Assembly (NCBI GenBank): GCA_963730935.1
Contig: CAVSTP010000004.1
Coordinates: forward strand, 960,001 to 1,024,000
Length of the DNA: 64,000 nucleotides
Direction: 5' to 3'
Source of the DNA: an uncultured Nitrospiraceae bacterium
GTDB taxonomy: Bacteria; Nitrospirota; Nitrospiria; Nitrospirales; Nitrospiraceae
Shown: positions 30,588 through 40,580 of the stretch, in pieces
Layout: every line of letters begins with the position of its first letter
How positions within the stretch are numbered: the first letter of the stretch is position 1
The notes under the pieces: generated by a model
Seen by the model: only the letters and a program-made list of their open reading frames with translations
Told to the model about the DNA's origin: nothing
Databases searched by the model: none
Program-made: the position numbers and the translations under genes

Positions 30588-31098
30588 AGAGAGTGGGGGT
30601 TTTGGGGACATCGCGCAGGTATCGCCACACTGTTCTTGAGCTCAGTCCTACCTGTTTGCCTATCTTGCCCCTCCCGAGGCCTTGCCGGCGCAACTCAAGC
30701 ATCTGTGCGCAGGCAGCCGGATCGGTTTCTTGGATAGTCTTTCTTCCCCAGCGTTGTCCCTTGGCCCGGACTCGCTTGATACCAGCTTTAACACGTTCTT
30801 GAATCATCGACCGTTCAAATTGCGAGAATACGCCTAGGATGGAAAAAAGTGCATGGCCGGCAGGCGTAGTCGTATCAATACCTTGCTGGTGGATAAAGAG
30901 GTCGACCTTCTTGGCGTGAATCTCATCCAAGAAGTTCACTAGGTGACTGAGTGACCGACCCAGGCGGTCAACGGCCCATACCATCACGACGTCGAACTCT
31001 CGTCGAGTGGCTCCCTTCATCTGTTTGTTTGGCGATGGCAGAATCGTTTTGCCGATGGTCAGTTTTATACAGTTTGGCTCCCGCCTACCTTCTAACAT
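30586..31098 (-). pseudogene. Serine resolvase/invertase, N-terminal catalytic part missing
   Basis: VWAVDRLGRS, IDTTTPAG, FERSMIQERVKAG, HTH; no YxRVS motif. Confidence 0.8.
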
Positions 31099-31195
31099 GC
31101 CCGCATGATAACGAGGGTTCTCACTAGTGCTTCATTTTCAGTCCTTATTAACTTTGCTTTCTATCTCAATAACTGAGGCAAGAAGGGAGCCGCAT

Positions 31196-32050
31196 ATGAA
31201 CCCTTCACAGAATAATGGAAACTTGAGGGCAGACGTCGGCTCTCAGGACATCGTGGGCAGGGCGGAGCGAGCGGAAGATACCACGCTGCAACAGCGGAGC
31301 CACTTACTAGAACGGCAACTCACCGAGCGCACTCAGGAGTTAGGCCGTTCGCTCGTGGATCTCCGGTCCCTGGCGACAGCGCTCGATGCTGCGGAGCAGC
31401 GTGAGCGCACGCGCCTAGCCACAGAGTTGCACGACTATCTGGCGCAGTTGCTCGTGCTCGGCCGTATGAAACTCGGACAGCTGCAACGACTCCCTCTGCC
31501 TTCAGCGGGCGATGTGATGGTCCAAGAGGTCGAGGACGTGTTGACTCACGCCTTACAGTATTGCCAGACGTTGATGGCCGAGTTGAGTCCACCTATCCTG
31601 CATGAACAAGGACTGGTCGCTGGGATTCGAGCGCTCGCTACACAGATGAAGCGTCACGATCTGGAGGTACGAGTGGAGCTGGATCAGATAGATGAGGGCG
31701 CCATTTCTCTCAGTTGCGCCGTCCTGCTTTTTCGATCGGTGCGGGAACTGCTAATCAACACGGCGAAGCATGCGGCCGTGAAACAGGCGACCGTCCGCCT
31801 AACCTGCGACCAGGGCCTGCTTCAGATAGTGGTGCGTGATGAGAGCGGCTTCGATCTCGCGGCCACGCAAGGGCCACAGCCTGCCGGCATGGGAAGCGTC
31901 CTCTCTTTGAAGATCGGCCTCCTCACGATCCGGGAACGAATGAAAGCCTTGAACGGTCGCTTTGATTTCGCCTCGGCGCCGAAGCAGGGAACCACGGCGA
32001 CCCTTACTTTGCCTATCGGCCCGGGCGTAACCACGATTATCTCTGCATGA
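31196..32050 (+). CDS. Sensor-less HisKA_3 histidine kinase, copy 2
   Basis: Near-identical to 23886; shared upstream CTAACATGCCC..AACGAGGGTTCTCACT. Confidence 0.85.
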   Translation: MNPSQNNGNLRADVGSQDIVGRAERAEDTTLQQRSHLLERQLTERTQELGRSLVDLRSLATALDAAEQRERTRLATELHDYLAQLLVLGRMKLGQLQRLPLPSAGDVMVQEVEDVLTHALQYCQTLMAELSPPILHEQGLVAGIRALATQMKRHDLEVRVELDQIDEGAISLSCAVLLFRSVRELLINTAKHAAVKQATVRLTCDQGLLQIVVRDESGFDLAATQGPQPAGMGSVLSLKIGLLTIRERMKALNGRFDFASAPKQGTTATLTLPIGPGVTTIISA

Positions 32051-32220
32051 GAGGCATGGATAAGAGCAAAGTCGTAAGCCCCAGGTCAGGCGACACTCAC
32101 CTTCCAGCGCTCGCACGCGGCTGTAGTCGATGCTGATTCTTTACACCTTCGGTCGGTGACCGGAGGCTTCCCAAACGGCTTTTCGGGCAGGCGGGCCTTC
32201 AAAGTGCTTGCTAACACACC

Positions 32221-32319
32221 TTGACGCGTCGAGCCGACGGGCTCATACTCCAGACAAGTATACCTGCCTGCGGCCTCACTGGAAGGTCCGACCGCCTGCA
32301 TGTGAGAGATGGCGGGTAT
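32221..32319 (+). promoter_or_regulatory. Sigma70-like promoter plus structured leader motif, copy 3
   Basis: TTGACG-17-CATACT, then TGCCTGCGGCCT..AGGTCCGACCGCC..CATGTGAGAGATGGCGG. Confidence 0.65.
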
Positions 32320-32414
32320 TTCCTCTTTTATACACCGCTCTTCTGTTTCTTCCCTGACACCTCCCAACACTCGATGTGCGTACAATCCGTTCTTTGTCGG
32401 AAAGAGAGAACTAC

Positions 32415-33311
32415 ATGGCGAAAATTCTTATTGTAGATGACGAAAGTGAGTTTCGTTCAATGCTTCGCACCAACCTAGAAGATCATGGCCATGAAGTTTG
32501 TGAGGCGCCCGATGGCCGCACAGGGATTAGGCTCCACCCTGTCGGAGCGTTCGATATAGTGCTCACGGATATTGACTTGCCAGATATAAGCGGCTTTGAA
32601 GTGATACGACAGCTCAAGAAAGCATCCACCCATGCAATCATTATTGTCGTCACCGGTGGTCATAAGATCGAGTTTGTGAAAGACGTGGCGGAACTCCTCG
32701 GTGCTCGGTTCACATTCAAGAAGCCTTTAGATGTCTCAAAGCTGGCAAGCATGATCCAGCAAGTCACCAATCACCAAGAGCACCGCGAACGAGGAACAGC
32801 GTCCCGCGCCTTTCGGCACGAAGTCCAGTTTTACCCTGACGATGTTTTTCTAATCGAGGCTGTCTCCTCATTTGTCGAGAAAAGCTTATATGAGGGAGCG
32901 ATGGTCATCATAGTCGCGGCGGAGCACCATCGAGAAGCGTTGCAACTCTTATTCAATTTTAAATCTCCGATACGTAAGGATCGGGTAATCTTCTATGATG
33001 CGGAAGCTATCTTAGCCACGTTTATGCGGGATGATTGGCCAAATAAAACTTTGTTTACAAAATCGGTTGGTCTCATCTTGCAACAAGCTGCTCTTACTGG
33101 TCCGGTCCGTGTATTCGGCGAGATGGTCGCTATTCTGTGGGCGCAAGGCAAGGTGCGAGCTGCAATTCGACTGGAAGAATTGTGGAATGATTTAGCCAAA
33201 GAACAAGAATTCTCCCTCATGTGTGGCTACCCTAAGTCAGCATTTTCCAATCCGAAGGACAACGATCTATTTCTACAGATCTGCGGGACTCATACACACG
33301 TCCATATGTGA
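32415..33311 (+). CDS. Receiver + MEDS domain protein
   Basis: KILIVDDE..VLTDIDLP..KKP; HEVQFY..VRVFGEMVAILW..RLEELWN..LMCGYP. Confidence 0.85.
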   Translation: MAKILIVDDESEFRSMLRTNLEDHGHEVCEAPDGRTGIRLHPVGAFDIVLTDIDLPDISGFEVIRQLKKASTHAIIIVVTGGHKIEFVKDVAELLGARFTFKKPLDVSKLASMIQQVTNHQEHRERGTASRAFRHEVQFYPDDVFLIEAVSSFVEKSLYEGAMVIIVAAEHHREALQLLFNFKSPIRKDRVIFYDAEAILATFMRDDWPNKTLFTKSVGLILQQAALTGPVRVFGEMVAILWAQGKVRAAIRLEELWNDLAKEQEFSLMCGYPKSAFSNPKDNDLFLQICGTHTHVHM

Positions 33312-33484
33312 GAGTAACCCCTCCCGCGGACCTTGTAAGCCATTGATCTTGCATGATGCTCTTTGTCGTTGTTTGACCCTCCCTAATCACAAGCTAATGA
33401 AAAAACTTATTTTCGGTCAGCCCTGAAAATGCTGGTGTTCCCTTCCTTCCCATCGCATTTCAAAAAAATGTTTTTGGTGTGATT

Positions 33485-33667
33485 GCCGTCGTCGGCCGAC
33501 CGGCTAACACCTGCGAGGCGCACCGCTCGCGCCAGTGAAGACTGTCACTCCCGCTGCTTCATCCTCTCGGCACGCCGGCGACGGCCTTCTCCTGTTTCCT
33601 CCTTGAAATATTCATTGGCTTTCCTCCGCTTGTGAGAGAGCCAACTTCATTTCAACAAAGGAGGAAA
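33485..33667 (+). promoter_or_regulatory. Long double-hairpin leader (candidate ssDNA promoter or RBS-sequestering), copy 1
   Basis: GCCGTCGTCGGC/GCCGGCGACGGC stem; TTTCCTCCTTGAAAT..TTGGCTTTC/GAGAGCCAA..ATTTCAA..AGGAGGAAA stem. Confidence 0.6.
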
Positions 33668-33670
33668 AAG

Positions 33671-33907
33671 ATAGCTACCAACAAAAAACCTTCACACATG
33701 CTGCGATGCCGCAACATCAAAGCCACGATCTGGCAGAATGTCAGTGAGAAAGGTCCGTTCTTCGCAACGACCTTCTCCCGGCCGATCAAGGATCAATCAG
33801 GCGCCTGGCGCAATGGAACCTCATTCGGTCTTAACGACCTTGAGGCACTTCTAACCGTTGCCGGTGAAGCTAAGGAGTGGATCGCCACTCATGTCTTGAA
33901 GCGCTGA
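33671..33907 (+). pseudogene. Small putative ssDNA-binding protein, copy 1 (start ATG mutated to ATA)
   Basis: IKATIWQN..GPFFATTFSRPIKDQSGAWRNGTSFGLNDL; ATA where the paralog has ATG. Confidence 0.65.
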
Positions 33908-33960
33908 GCCGCTTCAATGGAAAGCCTCGGTCCTCCGGAGGCTTCCCAAAAGCCTTCAAA

Positions 33961-34045
33961 TGGTAGCAGTCGGGTAGTTGGGCATTTTAACTGTTTGCAA
34001 CTCAGGGAGGCCTAAGGTAGCAGCGAACTAACAAATCGCGGGTCA
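33961..34045 (+). repeat. Type-B element end with degenerate att core
   Basis: TGGTAGCAGTCGGGTAG...AGCGAACTAACAAATCGCGGGTCA. Confidence 0.6.
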
Positions 34046-34331
34046 ATCCTTTGTGGCCTCCTTTCGCTGACTTACAAACCATTCGTCAGTTAGCCTCAAG
34101 CCGGGACCGTATGATGAGGCTTTTATACTACTTGACTCGCAGACTTATTGCGCCCAAGATGACAGATCGGTATGAGGCTCCGCTGACTGTCCTATCTCTC
34201 GCGCTTCCTGATCCTTTCCCCGCGTGATCGATTCCTCAGTCTCCGTCGCTCCGATGCCAGAGGTTCTCTGAACGGCTGCATGCCTTGTGTCATGCGTCAC
34301 TAACTTCACCCACATCAGAAAGGACGTGTCC

Positions 34332-34823
34332 ATGTATAAACTGATTGCGTGTTTTCTCACCGGAGCCATGCTCCTGGCCGGGTCGGCTTTTGCGGACCAG
34401 ACGGCGGCAGATCCCACAGCGGCGGACACCAACATGGAGATCTTGAAGCAGAAGCTCAAGGCGGATAAGAAACTCCTGGTGGCCAACAATATGGAACTGT
34501 CAGACGCCGAAGCCAAGCAGTTCTGGCCTATCTATGAGTCCTATCAGAAGGACCTTGCGGGCGTGAACAAGCAGCTCGGCACGACCATTAGAGAGTACGC
34601 GGAAACGTTCAATAAGGGGACGATCCCGAACGATAAGGCTAAGAAACTCCTCGGCGAGGCCCTCTCGGTCGAAGACCAGGAAATCAAGCTGAAGCATACC
34701 TATGCCGAACAGCTTGAGAAGGTCCTGCCGGCCAACAAGGTCGCCCGCTACATTCAGATCGAAACCAAGGTCCGATCGCTGATCAAGTATGAAATGGCTC
34801 GAGAGATTCCCTTGGTGTACTAG
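34332..34823 (+). CDS. Exported helical hypothetical protein
   Basis: Signal peptide (AFA-D); LSDAEAKQFWPIYESYQ. Confidence 0.8.
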   Translation: MYKLIACFLTGAMLLAGSAFADQTAADPTAADTNMEILKQKLKADKKLLVANNMELSDAEAKQFWPIYESYQKDLAGVNKQLGTTIREYAETFNKGTIPNDKAKKLLGEALSVEDQEIKLKHTYAEQLEKVLPANKVARYIQIETKVRSLIKYEMAREIPLVY

Positions 34824-34838
34824 ACCGTAGACCGGATG

Positions 34839-35003
34839 CTACCCGTCCGTGACCCCTACACCCTGTGTGGGCAAGGGGTCACGGACTTCCTTTGCGTGCC
34901 ATCGACGGAAACAGTTGACGCACACGTACTGAAGAATGGAGGACCCGTTTCGATCGACAGCTTCTTCTCGCGTGAGGGTGCCGTCACATTTCCAGCATCG
35001 CAT
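34839..35003 (-). CDS. Small zinc-finger protein
   Basis: MRCWKCDGTL...YVCVNCFRRW. Confidence 0.55.
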   Translation of the reverse strand: MRCWKCDGTLTREEAVDRNGSSILQYVCVNCFRRWHAKEVRDPLPTQGVGVTDG

Positions 35004-35411
35004 CGGAACCTTTGGTCCTTCAACGTGGGCCTCGGCGCGATTGTCTTTGTAGGGCACGTCATCCTCCTTGGCCAGGTTCTTGAGTTGCTGATCCAATAGG
35101 ACGAGTGGATGCCGGACCAGGGTCTTGGCCATCGTCTGCTCCACTTTCGGGTCGTCAGTCGAGAGCGTTTCTCGTACTGCACCGTGATGCGCTGATTTCC
35201 GTTTTGCCTGACCATCTTCGACATGGCCGCGAAAGAAGGTTCCTTCTGCTCACCCGCTGATACTCCTCTGATCGTTTGCCGACTGCCAGTACGTTTCAAT
35301 ACGTAGGCCTCCTTATCCCTTACCTTTGTGGTAGAGACCTCCCACTTCCTGTTCTCTTACAATTGTGTTTTCTACTGATCTGGATACGGGTCATAGCAGG
35401 AAACGATCTTC

Positions 35412-36878
35412 ATGAAGCGCGGAAACGTCATCGGTCATATTGTTTCTGCCGTTGTCTTTTCTAGCATGTGCGTCCTCGGGTTGACTGGCTGTGGTGGCGA
35501 CAGTGGCCCTACCCCGGGAAGCTTGGCGATCACCACCGTCGAACTTCCCGAGGGGATCGTCAACCAACCTTATTCGGCTTCAGTCAGCGGTTCAGGAGGC
35601 GCGCTCCCTTACACGTGGTCCGTCTCGCCGGCACTTCCTGCCAATCTCTCGTTGGATCCGGCAACCGGCGCGATCACCGGCACGCCGACGACGCCGGGCA
35701 CCACTTCGCACACGTTTACGCTGCGTGACACCTCGGCCCCGTCCCAAATTGTCGAACAATCACTCAACGTAGCCATCCTTCCGCCCCCGGCCGTGCTGAC
35801 GATTACCACCACTTCGCTCCCGAATGGGACTGTCAATCAACCCTATAACCGCTCTGTGCAGGCGGCCGGGGGAACCCCACCACTGACTTGGAGCATCGTC
35901 GCGGGGACAGGCACACTCCCGTTAGGGCTCAGTTTGGATTCGACGACCGGCGCGATTTCAGGAACGCCCACTACGGTAGGTACATCGTCGTTTACCGTCC
36001 GAGCGGCAGACGCCCGCGGACAATCGGACACACAAGCGCTGTCGATCACAATCAACCCAACCCCGCCGCCACCGAACCCTCCGAGTATCACGACCACTTC
36101 GCTACCGGGGGGGACCGTGGGTCAACCCTATGGCCAGACCGTGGAGGCGACGGGGGGAATCGGAACGCGGACCTGGAGCATCTCCGCAGGAACACTCCCT
36201 CAGGGCCTGAACTTGAATCAAACGACCGGTGTGATTTCAGGAACGCCGACTGCCGCAGACACGTCGTCATTTACCGTCCGAGTGGCGGATGCAGGCGGCC
36301 AAAGCGACACGCAAGCGCTCTCGATCCTCATCAACGCACCTACCCCGCCTCGCATCACGACGACCACGCTCCCAGGAGGAACTGTCGGTCAACCATATAA
36401 TCAAACGCTCCAAGCGACGGGCGGGTTCGGGGCACTCACGTGGAGTCTCTCCGGTGGATCACTCCCAGCGATGCTTTCCCTGAGTCCGGGGGGTGTGATC
36501 TCCGGCACGCCGACCAATGCAAAAACCTCGGTTTTTACAGCGAGGGTCAGAGACACATTGAATCAGTCCGACACGCAGTCTCTCTCGATCGCCATCAGCG
36601 CAGCCCTGACGATTACGACAAATTCGTTGCCAGATGCGAAAGAGGATGACTCCTACAATAGATTGTTACAACTCTCGGGAGGTGTCGCGCCCTTTACGTG
36701 GTCGGTCACACCGCCTCTGCCGAACGGCCTGACCCTGAATCCCGACACCGGTAGGATTACCGGCACCCCAGCGCGGGGAACACAAGGAAGATACGACTTG
36801 ACCTTCACGGTGCAGGATTCGTCGTCACCCACGCCGCAAACAGCCAGCAAGTTGCTTGAGTTGCGGGTTAATGACTGA
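35412..36878 (+). CDS. Lipoprotein with five putative Ig (He_PIG-type) repeats
   Basis: Lipobox LTGC; repeated ITTTSLPxGTVxQPY..W....LPxGLSL...G.ISGTPT. Confidence 0.9.
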   Translation: MKRGNVIGHIVSAVVFSSMCVLGLTGCGGDSGPTPGSLAITTVELPEGIVNQPYSASVSGSGGALPYTWSVSPALPANLSLDPATGAITGTPTTPGTTSHTFTLRDTSAPSQIVEQSLNVAILPPPAVLTITTTSLPNGTVNQPYNRSVQAAGGTPPLTWSIVAGTGTLPLGLSLDSTTGAISGTPTTVGTSSFTVRAADARGQSDTQALSITINPTPPPPNPPSITTTSLPGGTVGQPYGQTVEATGGIGTRTWSISAGTLPQGLNLNQTTGVISGTPTAADTSSFTVRVADAGGQSDTQALSILINAPTPPRITTTTLPGGTVGQPYNQTLQATGGFGALTWSLSGGSLPAMLSLSPGGVISGTPTNAKTSVFTARVRDTLNQSDTQSLSIAISAALTITTNSLPDAKEDDSYNRLLQLSGGVAPFTWSVTPPLPNGLTLNPDTGRITGTPARGTQGRYDLTFTVQDSSSPTPQTASKLLELRVND

Positions 36879-37234
36879 ACGAGACACACTACGGCTTTTC
36901 TTTCTCGCAATTGCCTTCTACAAATCTGCACTTCCAAGTGGAGAAGAAGATGTCAGGAACCATTGTTCGCCAGCTGCTTGCTAGGCTTTTTGACGGAACA
37001 CACTGTAACAGTCGGGCAACGCCAACTTTGCTTCATGACAAGTACTTACTTTCGGTCGATGGGCAAAAAGGCTTGTGGTCTGAAAAGACTGCTAGCGTTC
37101 CCGCAGTCTTTCTTTGACGGATTTGAGCAAAGGACTCAGCAGGTATTCGCTCAGGCGGCGCTTCCCCGTTTTGATTTCAACCATCACGGCCATCCCAGGC
37201 GAAAGATTCACTTCCTTGCCGTCGACTTGGATGG

Positions 37235-37560
37235 TCAAGCGGTCCATGCTGATCCTGGATGGATAGAGCCGACTTTCTCGATCGCTGCGGCATCATCAGA
37301 AACGGACAACACCTTGCCCGGAATGGTGACGTATAGCGTAAACAAGAACGTCTCCACTTTGATTTCGACCGGCAGTCCCTCTCTGACAAACCCGACATCT
37401 TTATTCTCCACTTGGGCTTCGACTTCGACCGACCGGATGATCTTGAGGCACGACAATCAATAACTGCTGAGCCGGCGTCACCACCCCACCGACAGTGTGC
37501 ACCGCCAGTTGCTGCACCACTCCGTCAATCGGGCTCGTCAGCCGCTGCAAGTCCGCCTTC
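37235..37560 (-). pseudogene. HlyD-type T1SS membrane fusion protein fragment
   Basis: VEAQVENKDVGFVREGLPVEIKVETF...IPGKVLSVSDDA; upstream PIDGVVQQLAVHTVGG. Confidence 0.75.
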
Positions 37561-37634
37561 TGACCTGCTTTCGTCACCTCAAGGACGACGATTCCACGAT
37601 CGAATACTAGCCAAGTAAACCTGTTTTTTCGCGC

Positions 37635-38390
37635 TCAGTTGTTCACAACATCTCCCACGATTGCCTGACCACCCTCGCTCACCTGAATATGCTGGACAGA
37701 AATGCGCTGATGTCCGCCCAGTCTTAGCTTGCGTAAAGTCAGTAACCCCTGTTGATAGGCTGTCATACATCGAACGGCAGCGTTTAGCCGTCTATTTTGA
37801 ATGGCCGCATCACGGCTATGTGGAACCACCGATCCGATCATCTCCATGGCAACCTTGTGCATCGCCGCTAACTGGTGCGCCAACATTTTTTCTGAGCTGT
37901 TTCCAGCCTGAATCGTGTTAGCGACGTCCAAGGCCATGGCAGCCACATCTGCGCCTTGCTCGGTCAAAAGCCGGCTTCGATCAAAGGAGGCTTCAACAGC
38001 AGCAAGGTCTGGGATGGTTAAGGTGTCATAAAAGAATTTGTCCGCCTGTGGCGGGACCGTTTCCCCATTCGCCGGAGTCACTTCCTTACTCTTCGCCATC
38101 CCTTGTTTTCGGACCTCGGCCGCTACAATTCTCGTCCATTCGGCCTTGTTGCGAGGCCCATCCGCCTTCGAGCCGTCCGCTTCAAGCTCGAATGCCTTTC
38201 GCATCTCGCTGGCATACTCGAGCATCTGATTCATGGATTTGGAAGTGGGGTCCCTCCCTGGCAAAGTTTTCTCCAAGCAGGCGTAACACCGCCATTTGTC
38301 ACCTGGCCAAAGGCACCCACCTAGATAGGGTGCCTTTCCGCATTCCTGACACTGAGGAGGAGGAAGGAAGCCTCTTTGTCGTCCCATCAC
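37635..38390 (-). CDS. Mobile-element-associated hypothetical protein with N-terminal Zn motif
   Basis: CQEC..CYAC; EKMLAHQLAAMH; GGHQRISVQHIQVSEGGQAIVG C-terminus. Confidence 0.65.
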   Translation of the reverse strand: MMGRQRGFLPPPQCQECGKAPYLGGCLWPGDKWRCYACLEKTLPGRDPTSKSMNQMLEYASEMRKAFELEADGSKADGPRNKAEWTRIVAAEVRKQGMAKSKEVTPANGETVPPQADKFFYDTLTIPDLAAVEASFDRSRLLTEQGADVAAMALDVANTIQAGNSSEKMLAHQLAAMHKVAMEMIGSVVPHSRDAAIQNRRLNAAVRCMTAYQQGLLTLRKLRLGGHQRISVQHIQVSEGGQAIVGDVVNN

Positions 38391-38614
38391 TTAACCCCAT
38401 TTCCGGTAATGGCGTGATGCCCTGAGCGGACGAGGTAGTCGATCACGCCTGCTAAACAGGGGTCCGTCCCAATATTGAGGTGATGTTGGATGATACTTAA
38501 CACATCGTAGCTCGGTACATAGTCAATCCTTCGGTGAAGGGTACGGTATCGTCGAACTCTCACTCGGTTGCCGGTAGGTCTTACATTGCCGGAAATGCTT
38601 GCCCCTTCATTCAT
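38387..38614 (-). CDS. Small hypothetical protein coupled to 37635
   Basis: Stop/start overlap; GGAG RBS. Confidence 0.55.
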   Translation of the reverse strand: MNEGASISGNVRPTGNRVRVRRYRTLHRRIDYVPSYDVLSIIQHHLNIGTDPCLAGVIDYLVRSGHHAITGNGVK

Positions 38615-38734
38615 CTGCTATCTCCACTTTCTGCGTGATGTGATGACGACGAGCCGGGTGGCGAGGCGAGTGCTCATGCCGCCTCTACCAACAGGTCAAT
38701 ATTGAAGGTTAACGGCCGCTCCGTGGTTTGACGG

Positions 38735-38752
38735 TTCCCGTTGGGGACACCA
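38735..38752 (+). repeat. Probable tRNA-Glu 3'-end att relic
   Basis: TTCCCGTTGGGGACACCA resembles the T-stem/acceptor/CCA end of tRNA-Glu. Confidence 0.45.
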
Positions 38753-38792
38753 ACGCTCTCACTGGGTCCTCTGAGTTTCTCGTAGTAGCCTC

Positions 38793-38974
38793 GCTGTCGC
38801 CGACCGGCTAACACCTGCGGGACGCACCCTCGTGCCACCCTGACTGTCACTCCTGTTGCTTGAGCCTCTCCGGCACGCCGGCGGCGGCTTCTTTGTTGTT
38901 TCCTCCTTGAAATGTGCGTTGGCTCTCCTCCTCCTGTGAGAGAGCCAACTTCATTTCAAACCAAAGGAGGAAAC
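38793..38974 (+). promoter_or_regulatory. Long double-hairpin leader, copy 2
   Basis: GTTTCCTCCTTGAAATG..GTTGGCTCTC/GAGAGCCAAC..CATTTCA..AGGAGGAAAC; homologous to 33485. Confidence 0.6.
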
Positions 38975-38977
38975 AAG

Positions 38978-39214
38978 ATGGCAACCAACAATATACCCGC
39001 AACGACGCTGCGACGAGGAATCGTCACGGCAACAATTTGGGAAAATATGAGTGAGAACGGACCGTTCTTCTCGACGACCTTTAGCAGATCGTACAAGGAT
39101 CAGTCGGGCAAATGGCGCAACGGGACCTCGTTTGGTCTCAATGACCTCGAGACACTACGCAACCTCGCTTATGAAGCGAAGGAATGGATCGCCGCTCATG
39201 CCTTGAAACGCTGA
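38978..39214 (+). CDS. Small putative ssDNA-binding protein, copy 2 (intact)
   Basis: GIVTATIWEN..FSTTFSRSYKDQSGKWRNGTSF..DL; AGGAGG RBS. Confidence 0.7.
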   Translation: MATNNIPATTLRRGIVTATIWENMSENGPFFSTTFSRSYKDQSGKWRNGTSFGLNDLETLRNLAYEAKEWIAAHALKR

Positions 39215-39472
39215 GCCGTTTTCTTCGCTAACACCGTTGGAACTGACGCCGGCACAGTAAAAACAAGCGTCATACCCTTTGAGTTGTTCGGCGGTTGCAT
39301 CAATTTTTTGAAAAGCGGGCGCGATGAACGATTTTAATCTTGGATGACTGACGCCCAATGGCTTTCTGCACACGGCAAGGACCGAATCCACTTGATTGTT
39401 CTCCAAACATTCAAGCAACACGCCTTCTCCGACCATTCCCGTTACCCCGGTAATAATGACTTTAATTCCCAT
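39215..39472 (-). pseudogene. NAD(P)-dependent epimerase N-terminal fragment
   Basis: KVIITGVTGMVGEGVL Rossmann motif, GYDACFYCAGVSS; truncated. Confidence 0.75.
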
Positions 39473-39528
39473 TCTGAATTCCTTCCAACTCCATGCCTAA
39501 TCCTGAAGAGCCTAGCCGCCGGGTGGTT

Positions 39529-39667
39529 GGCGACCCGCGGTTTAGGAATTTCCCCGAATCCTACCCCAGCCAGACTTAAGCCCACAAGAAATCACTGAAC
39601 AGGTTACTCACGAAGTGGGTGCAGGTGGGGCTGGTTTGTCCTGTCCTGGTAGCAGCGTGGTAGCAGA
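39529..39667 (-). repeat. Type-A element end (inverted) with degenerate tRNA-Thr att core
   Basis: Reverse complement TCTGCTACCACGCTGCTACCAGGACAGGACAAACCAGCCCCA...ATTCCTAAACCGCGGGTCGCC. Confidence 0.75.
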
Positions 39668-39841
39668 GCGGCGTCTTATTTCAGAGGAACCACAATGGAG
39701 TGCTTCGTGGCATGTTCATACTGCCATGCTTCCTGATGGGTGACGGGAGGCTGCTCGGTTTCTATGGGGTACGAGACACTAATGGTGATGATGAATGAAC
39801 TGTGCCGGACTCAATGTCAGAGACCGGGAGATTGGCATCGT

Positions 39842-40330
39842 CTAGAGAGACGCCTCGTGATTTATATCATGGTTGATCGACGCGCATGTACTGTGGGTGG
39901 GATCGCGCAACTGGTCGATTCCCCCACGGCAATAGCCAAGAGGCAACCACCGGCACCTGCCACAGATGGAAGGCAGATCGTCGCCGCATACTGAGCTCCG
40001 AATACGCTCAAGTATTTGTTGCCAGGGGATGCGACACCCCACCTTCAGCCCGAGCCGTTGAAGCACCACTTGATCCTGGTCGATCATCTCCTCCTCCGAC
40101 CGCGCCCCGTTCAACACGCACCCGGACGGATGCTGGTGTGGACAAGCTGCACAGACAGTATCGGGAGATGCGAGGACCTCAACCCGGGACTCGGGATGAT
40201 CGGTGAGAGTTCGATGGATCACGGCCATGTTCTTGACAAACTCGGCGTTGTACCCCTCTCCACGAAACCCTTGCATGCACAAGAGCGTATGGCCTCTGAG
40301 GCGGACCGGAGGGGAGGATTCGTCAGACAT
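39842..40330 (-). CDS. DUF1284-family Cys-rich protein
   Basis: RLRGHTLLCMQGFRGEGY, PDTVCAACP, ICGRCRW..GYC. Confidence 0.85.
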   Translation of the reverse strand: MSDESSPPVRLRGHTLLCMQGFRGEGYNAEFVKNMAVIHRTLTDHPESRVEVLASPDTVCAACPHQHPSGCVLNGARSEEEMIDQDQVVLQRLGLKVGCRIPWQQILERIRSSVCGDDLPSICGRCRWLPLGYCRGGIDQLRDPTHSTCASINHDINHEASL

Positions 40331-40580
40331 ATCGAGATCGACCATGGCGATAGTACACGGAATTGTGCCACCGCCAGCCAAGCAAGTCAAAACGGGAGAG
40401 ACAAGGGCTCGAGGTCAGGGTGTCCGACCCGCGCCACCTTGGTAGCGGCCTCGGTGTGGTAGTGGAGTCGGTGAGGCTCTCCCCCGACCCGTTGACGTTG
40501 CCAAGACAAGCCTGTGCCCAGGCACTGTGTATACCGAAAGACCCTCGCCCTGCGCCTTGACGGTGCCAGGGGCTCCGCGC

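Noticed and set aside
30586..31098. Active resolvase driving the cassette array
   Set aside because: The N-terminal catalytic Ser motif is absent, and the tRNA-derived cores with arm repeats point to a tyrosine integrase
35520..36830. Tandem DNA repeats
   Set aside because: Explained by the Ig-like protein repeats of the 35412 CDS
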